A stretch of 64,000 nucleotides of DNA, taken from NCBI GenBank assembly GCA_046116545.1, contig CP175956.1, positions 577,734 through 641,733 on the forward strand, given 5' to 3'. The notes below the pieces were generated by a model, which was given only the letters and a program-made list of their open reading frames with translations, was not told where the DNA came from and did not search any database. Position 1 is the stretch's first letter. Each line of letters begins with the position of its first letter. Positions 50,594-58,584 of this stretch are shown piece after piece. Source of the stretch: Candidatus Moraniibacteriota bacterium (lineage in GTDB: Bacteria; Patescibacteriota; Minisyncoccia; Moranbacterales; GCA-2747515). The position numbers and the translations under genes were made by a program.

Positions 50594-52513
50594 ATGAAAT
50601 TTAAGAAAATAGATTTACAAACAAATGAAATAGATGATGCGATTCTCACAGCTTCTGAAAAAGAAGCTGCAAGAATGGCTTTTGATTTTGATAAAAAGTG
50701 GTTTATTATTTTATTTTCTATAATAATACTGGTTGTTGTATCACTCCTAGGTAGAGTATTTTATTTATCTGTTATAAAAGGTGAATATTATTCATTTGTA
50801 GCTAGTGGAAATAGTGTAAGGGAGATACCTATAATTGCTCCAAGAGGGACAATTTATGATGTGCATGGAGAGGTTTTGACAAATAATATGCCAAGCAGAA
50901 GTGTAATAGTTTTATCAGACTTATTACCTAAGGATGATGCATTAGTGAAAGAGATTGAAAATAAGCTTTCTAAGGCATTAAAAATTGATACAGGTAAAAT
51001 AAATGCAATTTTACAGGAAACTATACAATCAAAAACAGAAGGTGTTATAGCTGAAAATATAACGCATGAACAAGCAATGGAATTTAGAGCTATTGAAAAT
51101 GATGTGCCAGGAATTAACTTACAACAAACAGCTGTTAGAAATTATGTGGATGGTGAAAAATTTGCACACATCTTGGGCTACGAGGGATTAATACAAAAAG
51201 AAGAAAAAGAAGAGAATCCAGAGTATTTACTTATAGATAGAATAGGAAAAACAGGGATAGAATATCAATATGAAAAGTATTTGCATGGCGTACATGGTGC
51301 GCAGCGATCATTAGTTGATAGTCGTGGGAGGATGGTGAAAGATTTAGTTGATATTGAGCCAAGAAATGGATTTGAAGTGCATTTGAATATAGACAAAGAA
51401 TTACAAAGTTTTTTATATGACAGATTAGAAAAAGAGCTAGATAGAGCAAAGACAAAAAAAGCAATGGCAATAATTCTAGATCCTCGTGATGGAGCTGTTA
51501 GAGCTATGGTTAGTTTGCCTAGTTATGACAATAATATTTTTGCCAAGGGAATTGATTCAGAAACATATAGTAGGTGGATAACAGATGAAAATAGGCCACT
51601 TTTTAATCGTGCTATAGGAGGTGTTTATGCGCCAGGTTCAACGGTGAAACCAGTAATGGGGATAGCAGTATTATCAGAAAATATTATTTCAGCAAGCCAT
51701 AAAATAGAAAGTCGAGGAGGACTTCAATTGGGAAATTTCTTTTTTGGAGATTGGCGTGCTCATGGATTTACTGATTTGAGAAGAGCTATTGCTGTTTCAA
51801 GTGATGTATATTTTTATACTATTGGAGGTGGGTATGGTGATATTACAGGACTTGGAATAGAAAAAATGAAATATTATATGACAAAGTTTGGTTATGGTGA
51901 AAAAACAGGCATTGATTTACCAAGCGAGGCAAGGGGTCTATATCCAGATAAAAAATGGAAGGAAGATTATATAGGTGAGCGGTGGTATATAGGAAATACA
52001 TATCATGCATCAATTGGGCAAGGTTTTATAACTTCTACAGTATTGCAAGTTGCCAATTCTATAGCTGCCATTGTTAATGGTGGGACTTTGTATGAACCAC
52101 ATGTAGTCTCTCATATAATAGACAAAGAAACTGAAAAGCAAATTGATATAGAAAAAAAGATATTAAAAGATAATTTAGCAACGGATGAAGAAATAAAGAT
52201 TGTACAAGAAGGTATGCGACAAACCGTAACAGAAGGGACAGCAACAATGCTTTCATCATTAAATGTTGAGGTTGCGGGAAAGACCGGAACAGCACAGTTT
52301 GGTGGCGGTGAAGAAGTGCATTCATGGTTTGTATCATATGCCCCATATGATAATCCAGAAATGGTAATGGTGATAATGGTAGAGGGTCAAACAGGAGAAA
52401 TATCATCAGCAACAGTACCTGTAGCTCATGATGTTTACAAGTGGTACTTCAATGGACGTAATGAAGCTGAAAAAGTTGTTGAAGCAACTAGTATTATTGA
52501 ACAAGTTGATTGA
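50594..52513 (+). CDS. mrdA: Penicillin-binding protein 2
   Basis: APRG.IYD, PGSTVK, SSD, KTGTAQ motifs. Confidence 0.93.
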   Translation: MKFKKIDLQTNEIDDAILTASEKEAARMAFDFDKKWFIILFSIIILVVVSLLGRVFYLSVIKGEYYSFVASGNSVREIPIIAPRGTIYDVHGEVLTNNMPSRSVIVLSDLLPKDDALVKEIENKLSKALKIDTGKINAILQETIQSKTEGVIAENITHEQAMEFRAIENDVPGINLQQTAVRNYVDGEKFAHILGYEGLIQKEEKEENPEYLLIDRIGKTGIEYQYEKYLHGVHGAQRSLVDSRGRMVKDLVDIEPRNGFEVHLNIDKELQSFLYDRLEKELDRAKTKKAMAIILDPRDGAVRAMVSLPSYDNNIFAKGIDSETYSRWITDENRPLFNRAIGGVYAPGSTVKPVMGIAVLSENIISASHKIESRGGLQLGNFFFGDWRAHGFTDLRRAIAVSSDVYFYTIGGGYGDITGLGIEKMKYYMTKFGYGEKTGIDLPSEARGLYPDKKWKEDYIGERWYIGNTYHASIGQGFITSTVLQVANSIAAIVNGGTLYEPHVVSHIIDKETEKQIDIEKKILKDNLATDEEIKIVQEGMRQTVTEGTATMLSSLNVEVAGKTGTAQFGGGEEVHSWFVSYAPYDNPEMVMVIMVEGQTGEISSATVPVAHDVYKWYFNGRNEAEKVVEATSIIEQVD

Positions 52514-52591
52514 TTTTTGTTGAAAAATATTGTATGATAGTGTGTTAATCAAGTTAACAATTTAACATAATTTAACTAGTGAGGTTACATC

Positions 52592-53017
52592 TTGGAAACA
52601 GCTGATTTGGATAGGATTAAAAATTTAGTAGAAGACCTTAGGCAGTGTAGTGGTTCGCTATATAGTGAAAAAAAGCAGGATGAATTGCTTACTGAAATAC
52701 ATAAATTGTCTGCGGACTTAGTTATAAACCCAGATAAGATTATTAAGGTTATAGAAAACAATGGTTATAGTATTTTTCATACATTGCAGGCATGGATTAT
52801 AGATAGCTCAAATGTCACGAGTATTAGTGTTAAAAAAGATCTTATGGCAGCTTTGCCTGATTATATGCAGATGATGTCAGTTGATATGCAAGATATGTTT
52901 AGTGATACTGTTAATGTTATGGTAAGCACTATTATAAAAGTGATAAATAGAGATTGCAAACCAGTTGAGTGCAGTCTTTGTATTTTAAGAATGCATTGTC
53001 CACTCAGATGTAATTAA
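52592..53017 (+). CDS. Hypothetical protein with C-terminal Cys cluster
   Basis: TTG start with GAGG RBS; C...CxxC....C...C tail; terminator at about 53039-53070. Confidence 0.6.
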   Translation: METADLDRIKNLVEDLRQCSGSLYSEKKQDELLTEIHKLSADLVINPDKIIKVIENNGYSIFHTLQAWIIDSSNVTSISVKKDLMAALPDYMQMMSVDMQDMFSDTVNVMVSTIIKVINRDCKPVECSLCILRMHCPLRCN

Positions 53018-53161
53018 TGATTGTAGAATATTAAGAACAACGACACCTATATAAGTATGGGTGTCGTTTTATATTTGAATATGCAAGTAATAATTCAGTA
53101 GAAATAGCGGGAAGTATTTTTTCATGGTATTATAAAGATAATAAATCATAACAAAAGTAAT

Positions 53162-54097
53162 ATGAATAAAATTACATATTGGCTTAGGAAAGTTGGAATG
53201 TTACGTACTTCATCATATAAAGTTAGCGGTGATGCTGACAAATTAAATAAAATACAGGCAAATGATGGAGGAATGATTCAAAGTCCAAAAGAGATTGATG
53301 AAATGTATAAAGAATCAAATGTAGGACAAGAGAAACCACAACAAAAAAATGATACGGCATCACAAAATAATGACAATCAAAACAATGAAGATCCAAAGAG
53401 TAAAATTTTATTTTGGATATTTCTTGTAGTTGGAGTTATCCTTTCATGCATGGTTTTATTAATGGATTTTTCAATTTGGTTTGTTGTTACAGCTGTTTTA
53501 TGGGCATGGTTTTTACGAAATATATGGATAAAGACTGTAGCAAATTCATTAATAGTAGGAAAAACAATTCTTGTGGGTGTAATACTTATTTTTACATCTT
53601 TTGTTTTTATGGGAGTTGCGGTGTCGGGGTCAGAAGAGACTGAAAATGATGTGGTCGTAAAATCAGAAAAAACACAAGAGACTGAAAAAGCTAAAGCAGA
53701 GGAAAAGAATGATGTTGTAAAAAAAGAAGTGAAGCAGGATAAAATTTCACAATTTATGATGGACTTAAAAAAAGAAACAAATATCAATTTTGGTGAAATT
53801 GCAGGGGATAAAAATGTATTATGGACATCTACATCCATGGCACTTGTACCAACGGATGCAAAAACAATGATAGTAAATGATGTATCAGATAAAAAATGGT
53901 CCAAAATGAAAAGTTATTTCAAAGACAGGAAAGGTCATCATGGAACTATAGGGTTTGAATTTGTAGATAAAAGTGATAATAAACAGGATGGATATTTGTT
54001 TGATGATGGTGACTATAGACATTTGATGTGTATACTTACAAAAGCAGAAAAAACAATGAGTATAAGTTGTGGTTGGGGTCCAGGTGGAGGTGAATAA
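53162..54097 (+). CDS. Hypothetical membrane protein (3 TM)
   Basis: 311-aa ORF. Confidence 0.72.
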   Translation: MNKITYWLRKVGMLRTSSYKVSGDADKLNKIQANDGGMIQSPKEIDEMYKESNVGQEKPQQKNDTASQNNDNQNNEDPKSKILFWIFLVVGVILSCMVLLMDFSIWFVVTAVLWAWFLRNIWIKTVANSLIVGKTILVGVILIFTSFVFMGVAVSGSEETENDVVVKSEKTQETEKAKAEEKNDVVKKEVKQDKISQFMMDLKKETNINFGEIAGDKNVLWTSTSMALVPTDAKTMIVNDVSDKKWSKMKSYFKDRKGHHGTIGFEFVDKSDNKQDGYLFDDGDYRHLMCILTKAEKTMSISCGWGPGGGE

Positions 54098-54130
54098 ATA
54101 TATTAAAAATAAATATTAAATATAAGTCTT

Positions 54131-55795
54131 ATGAATAATAAATATATATTTCCATTAGTTTTACTTGCAGTTGGTGCTTTTATTTTTGTAGCGTTTTTTA
54201 CGTTTAGTCCAACCGCTACAGATAACAATAATGTGCGTGTTTCAGAAGACGTGAGCACTCTGTTGCAGGAAGAACAACCAGAACCCACATATTTATTCAC
54301 ACATTCAACAGGCGGAGGAATATTTGAAAATATTGGAGGAGATAAATATATTTTGACATTGTCAAATCCAGAAAGTGATGTGATTTATTTTTCAGACAGA
54401 CCTTTTAGAGAGGTTGGACAAGAAAAGCTAGGAATATTTTTAAATACATTAGGATTTGAGGTAGGCGATGCTCCAAATGCAACAATCGTAGTAGAAAATG
54501 AAGACGGAGATAAAACGATGATTGTTGCAGAACTTACAGAGCCGATTTTCAATAGAGATGATAATACTCTTACATATACAGCAACAATTTTACGAGAAGA
54601 AACAGGTGAATTGGCAGAATATGGAGAAGCTAAGATACCAGAAAATTTTGCAAATGCTACATTATTTATAGATAGTTCAAAAAAGCACACTAACAAAAAA
54701 GATACATGGAAAGATCATAAAGATGAAAAATGTGGTAAAAAAGATTATAGAATGACACTGGGTGATGCGTATGACATAGCAAGCGGAACAGAAAGTGAGT
54801 GTTTGATTTATGATGATGCAAAGTTAAGCAAAACAGATTTCGAATGTAAGGATGATGTATGGAAAATTAATATGGACACAAGTCTGAAGGGTGAAGCAAG
54901 TAAGTGTAAAGCATATTGCATTGTTGTGCCAAATGAAAAATATAAAAAAGGAGAAGGTGTTGCTCGTATAGAATATGATTGCAAACATTCAGCTGATGAA
55001 AAAGGAGATAAAAATAAATATTGTTCTAGTCCAGATGTGAAAAAAGGACATGAATATGCGGATGCTAGAAGTGATTTGATTAGTGAATACCATCATATTT
55101 TAAATAAAGCAAAGGATAAAAAAACTAGTTATGAACATCATTATTGTGTAGAAACAGGAATGCCGTATTCATCAAATAAACATTGGGCAACAGATTGTTC
55201 TGGTCTTGGAGGCTATGCATTATTTCACAAATTACCATATCATTATAAGTTGTTAGATGACAGTAGGAAAGCACATGCAAAAGCAGATAGACCATTAGCT
55301 ATGGATTTTTATAATTTTATAGATAATGTAAATGATGATGGTAACAAAGAAGAAAAGTCTTGTTGGGAGAGAATTCATAAATTGGAAAATGCTAAACAGG
55401 GAGACTTCCTTGTAGTTAAATATAATGAACACACAAAAAGTAATTCAACAGGACATGTTATGTGGATTGATGAAGTTCATAGTAAAACAGGAGATCATCG
55501 TAAGATAACAGTAATTGATTCTGCAAATAGTGGTCATGGTAGCGATACAAGAAAAGATAAAAATACATACAACTGTAAAGGTGAACACGACTGCGGTATA
55601 GGAATGGGTGATATGTGGTTTTATACAGATGACAAAGGACATCCAACACAATACACATGGAAAGCACATCCAGGACAGCATACACGATATTGCAAATATG
55701 AAGACAAAGACTGTGATTGCAGTAAGAATGGTGATGATAAATGTGAGCTAGAAGGAATCGTTATTGGTCGCGTAAAAAATTGTACAGCTAAATAA
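54131..55795 (+). CDS. Secreted multidomain protein with C-terminal NlpC/P60-like (papain-fold) domain
   Basis: Signal anchor, FSDRP domain, TDCSGL...GDFL...TGHVM...VIDS. Confidence 0.65.
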   Translation: MNNKYIFPLVLLAVGAFIFVAFFTFSPTATDNNNVRVSEDVSTLLQEEQPEPTYLFTHSTGGGIFENIGGDKYILTLSNPESDVIYFSDRPFREVGQEKLGIFLNTLGFEVGDAPNATIVVENEDGDKTMIVAELTEPIFNRDDNTLTYTATILREETGELAEYGEAKIPENFANATLFIDSSKKHTNKKDTWKDHKDEKCGKKDYRMTLGDAYDIASGTESECLIYDDAKLSKTDFECKDDVWKINMDTSLKGEASKCKAYCIVVPNEKYKKGEGVARIEYDCKHSADEKGDKNKYCSSPDVKKGHEYADARSDLISEYHHILNKAKDKKTSYEHHYCVETGMPYSSNKHWATDCSGLGGYALFHKLPYHYKLLDDSRKAHAKADRPLAMDFYNFIDNVNDDGNKEEKSCWERIHKLENAKQGDFLVVKYNEHTKSNSTGHVMWIDEVHSKTGDHRKITVIDSANSGHGSDTRKDKNTYNCKGEHDCGIGMGDMWFYTDDKGHPTQYTWKAHPGQHTRYCKYEDKDCDCSKNGDDKCELEGIVIGRVKNCTAK

Positions 55796-55929
55796 TAATA
55801 AATTAACATGTTAGTTTTTCTAACATGTTTTTTATTTACAATTTATATAAAATGTGTTAATCTTTTACATTGTTCTTTAATTTGAAAAGGGTTGTTTTTT
55901 TTATCAAAAAATTTATTGGAGGAGATATA

Positions 55930-56556
55930 ATGTCAAAAGCATCTCGCAGGAAGTCTAATAAGAATAAGAAACATAAACGTAAAAAACAAGAAAGAGAGCA
56001 ATCTTGTTTGAAGCATACTAAAGAAATGCGGCAGTTGAGGTTTGTGGCGTATATGTGGGAGGATGATGCTTGTGATTTTTCTGGTGTTTTGTGTAATATG
56101 AAGGTTGATAACATTATAAAAGCAAAATATCAAAACTTTTGTTTTGATGATGTTATGTATACCAGAATTTCCTTACATGTATACAATGACAATGTTTGTA
56201 AAGCTTATCAGCTTATGGAAAGTTCTGCATTGACTGCTGTCGGTTCTGAACAATTTATTTCGCCAAAGTGTAGAGGTTTGTTTTCACATCGAATTACACA
56301 GGAAAATCTTTGTGTAGTTGGCCAAATAACTCATGAAACTGTTGATCAATTTAATGGTGATGTAAAAGAATCTCAAGCCTTGTATGATTCTGAAATATTG
56401 TTTTATCAATTGCCCCATAGTGTAAATATTTTTGTGGAAATTTATACTAATGATATAAATCGTGAATCTGCCATAGCAGTGTTAGATGATGGTTGGATGA
56501 GTAATAAATGGGGTAGTCAATTCCAGCAAGTTAAACGAACGGGAGCATTGCAATGA
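55930..56556 (+). CDS. Hypothetical protein with basic N-terminus
   Basis: GGAGG RBS before ATG 55930. Confidence 0.65.
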   Translation: MSKASRRKSNKNKKHKRKKQEREQSCLKHTKEMRQLRFVAYMWEDDACDFSGVLCNMKVDNIIKAKYQNFCFDDVMYTRISLHVYNDNVCKAYQLMESSALTAVGSEQFISPKCRGLFSHRITQENLCVVGQITHETVDQFNGDVKESQALYDSEILFYQLPHSVNIFVEIYTNDINRESAIAVLDDGWMSNKWGSQFQQVKRTGALQ

Positions 56557-57137
56557 GTAAAAAAACTTTTTTGAGCAGAATGTATTTTAGTTCAACTTTG
56601 TCAAAAATGTTGTGCGACAAAAAGAGTCTTCAGGCACTTTTTTGTACCTATGGAAGTGTCATGGACTATGAAAAGGGTTGTGTAGAAACAGATGAGGATA
56701 ATCTGAATATAACTATTGTTGCAGACACAGAAGATGGTGTAAGCGCGCGACATCGGGCAGTTAACTCTATGGTGGATTATGCAAATGAAGACTTGACATT
56801 AGCAGCAGAGAAACAACAAGAAATGGAGGATTGTTTTCTGGGTGAAAAAGCTGGTGATTTCTGCAAAGCAGATGATGTTATGTTCGTCGTGTACATGGGA
56901 CTTAATGGCTTTGAAGCAACAGTCCAATTCTTGAATTTTTTGAGAATTAATTATCCGCAGGCGTGTATCATAACATTAACTTGTGATTGTAATATTAATT
57001 ATAAGGAAGCTGCTACAAGGATGCTTCAAAAAACTAATGTAGTTAATGCAAGTTTTGTAACGGGTGACTGTGGTGGTGCTGTTGTGATGAGAGAGATGAT
57101 TAATGACTTGATTGAGGTATGGTCAAATAAATCATGA
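56553..57137 (+). CDS. Hypothetical Cys-rich protein, possible degenerate receiver-like fold
   Basis: ATGA overlap with upstream ORF; LRINYPQACIITLT segment. Confidence 0.65.
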   Translation: MSKKTFLSRMYFSSTLSKMLCDKKSLQALFCTYGSVMDYEKGCVETDEDNLNITIVADTEDGVSARHRAVNSMVDYANEDLTLAAEKQQEMEDCFLGEKAGDFCKADDVMFVVYMGLNGFEATVQFLNFLRINYPQACIITLTCDCNINYKEAATRMLQKTNVVNASFVTGDCGGAVVMREMINDLIEVWSNKS

Positions 57138-57147
57138 ATTAAGGACT

Positions 57148-57188
57148 AGAGCAATGAATCTATATAGATTTATTGCTCTTTATTTTTA
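57148..57188 (+). terminator. Intrinsic terminator upstream of the retron
   Basis: AGAGCAATGAATCTA/TAGATTTATTGCTCT stem plus T-rich tail. Confidence 0.75.
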
Positions 57189-57217
57189 TTGACAGTAAAT
57201 ATAATTAGTTGTACATT
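57189..57217 (+). promoter_or_regulatory. Sigma70 promoter of the retron unit
   Basis: TTGACA-N17-TACATT. Confidence 0.75.
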
Positions 57218-57264
57218 ATTGAGCAGGAGCCGATTTGTTGGGTTTGTTGATTTTTTACGCGACG

Positions 57265-57428
57265 CCCATAGAGGCTGTCTGTTATCGGATAGCTAAATAA
57301 GTGTAAGGATGATTCCAAGTATGGCAAAGACTATGCTGACTTAGTTTCTTGCAGAGTAATAAATACGGTGTGTTATTGACAATGGTGAATATCCAAAGCA
57401 CATAACTACCGTGCTAGGGCTCTATGGG
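57265..57428 (+). ncRNA. Putative retron msr/msd RNA
   Basis: a2/a1 inverted repeat CCCATAGAG/CTCTATGGG; hairpins at 57274-57293, 57307-57316 and 57318-57337; long imperfect stem 57365-57412; directly upstream of RT. Confidence 0.75.
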
Positions 57429-57460
57429 AGAAAGAGAATTTATCTTTCTCCCATTTTTTT
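57424..57460 (+). terminator. Intrinsic terminator between ncRNA and RT, overlapping a1
   Basis: 12-bp perfect stem ATGGGAGAAAGA/TCTTTCTCCCAT plus T6. Confidence 0.8.
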
Positions 57461-57497
57461 AAAATAAAGGTACTTTAACATAAAAGGAGATTACAAA

Positions 57498-58529
57498 ATG
57501 ATAAGAGATGATGCGGTTGATATTTTATCAAATTTAATTGATGGGCAATATACATCAGTTCAAATTCATGATGTATTAGATAGTTGGGTGTGTTATCGTC
57601 AATTTTATCAAAGAAAGAAAAGTGGTGCTAAACGATTGTTGAGTGCACCAGATGATTCTTTGAAAAAATTGCAATATTACATTTTACGTTACATTTTATA
57701 TAGATTTCCTGTGCATAAAAATTTGTATGGATTTGTGCCAGGTGTCACCATGAAAGATGGCGTGTATACACATTTACTCAATCAGCACACAAGAGATGGT
57801 GGTATGCCGCGGTGGATATTGCATATTGATTTGAAAAACTGTTTTCCATCTGTGAAATCAGAAATTTTACAAAACATGTTTGAAGATATGTCTGCAGGCT
57901 TACTGTATGAATATGGCGTGCACAATACAGATGTATTTCTAGAGTTTTGTCGTATTATGGTAGAGCTTACTACATACAAAGGTAGGTTGACTCAAGGAGC
58001 ACCAACATCACCTTATTTGACGAATCTTGTAATTTCATGGTCGGGTATTGCAGATAATTTAGATGCTTATTGCAGAGAAAATAAATTACATTTTTCTATA
58101 TACGCAGATGATATCGTAGTATCTTCAGTGAATCATGAACAAATATCAAAACGTCAAATAATTAAATGTGTAGAAGCAAATAAAATATTTAGGGTTAATC
58201 CCAAAAAAACGCATTTAAACAATGTCAGACATAGATCACATTGTATTACAGGAATAATAGTTCACACACCTATAGTTGGTGTTGATAAGTGTGCCAGACT
58301 GACTCTTTCACAAAAAAAGCAGAAGTTTTATCGTGGTAGAATTTGGTATGCTACACGTTTTTTGCAACAAGGATATGAACCAAGTATACAGAATGATGGT
58401 ATTTCTGTAGAGCAGGTTAGGGGTTATATTGCGTGGATACGTCATGTCTGTGGTGGACATATCCCATCAAGCCTACAAAAACCAATTAGTTACTTTGAAA
58501 AAATCACAGCAACTTTAAATGACATCTGA
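57498..58529 (+). CDS. Retron-type reverse transcriptase
   Basis: KRLLSAP..LKKLQ, YGFVPG...H (region X), DLKNCFPS, QGAPTSP, YADD, NPKKT, ITG (region Y). Confidence 0.9.
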   Translation: MIRDDAVDILSNLIDGQYTSVQIHDVLDSWVCYRQFYQRKKSGAKRLLSAPDDSLKKLQYYILRYILYRFPVHKNLYGFVPGVTMKDGVYTHLLNQHTRDGGMPRWILHIDLKNCFPSVKSEILQNMFEDMSAGLLYEYGVHNTDVFLEFCRIMVELTTYKGRLTQGAPTSPYLTNLVISWSGIADNLDAYCRENKLHFSIYADDIVVSSVNHEQISKRQIIKCVEANKIFRVNPKKTHLNNVRHRSHCITGIIVHTPIVGVDKCARLTLSQKKQKFYRGRIWYATRFLQQGYEPSIQNDGISVEQVRGYIAWIRHVCGGHIPSSLQKPISYFEKITATLNDI

Positions 58530-58547
58530 ATCTCAGATGTCATTTTT
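58517..58547 (+). terminator. Terminator overlapping the RT stop codon
   Basis: 13-bp stem AAATGACATCTGA/TCAGATGTCATTT. Confidence 0.7.
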
Positions 58548-58584
58548 GATTTTTAAACAGATAGATTGTATTATAGTAATTACT

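Noticed and set aside
57498-58529. RT as a DGR or group II intron enzyme
   Set aside because: QGAPTSP and ITG motifs are retron-type; no maturase or intron domain V seen; no TR/VR pair with adenine-specific mismatches seen.
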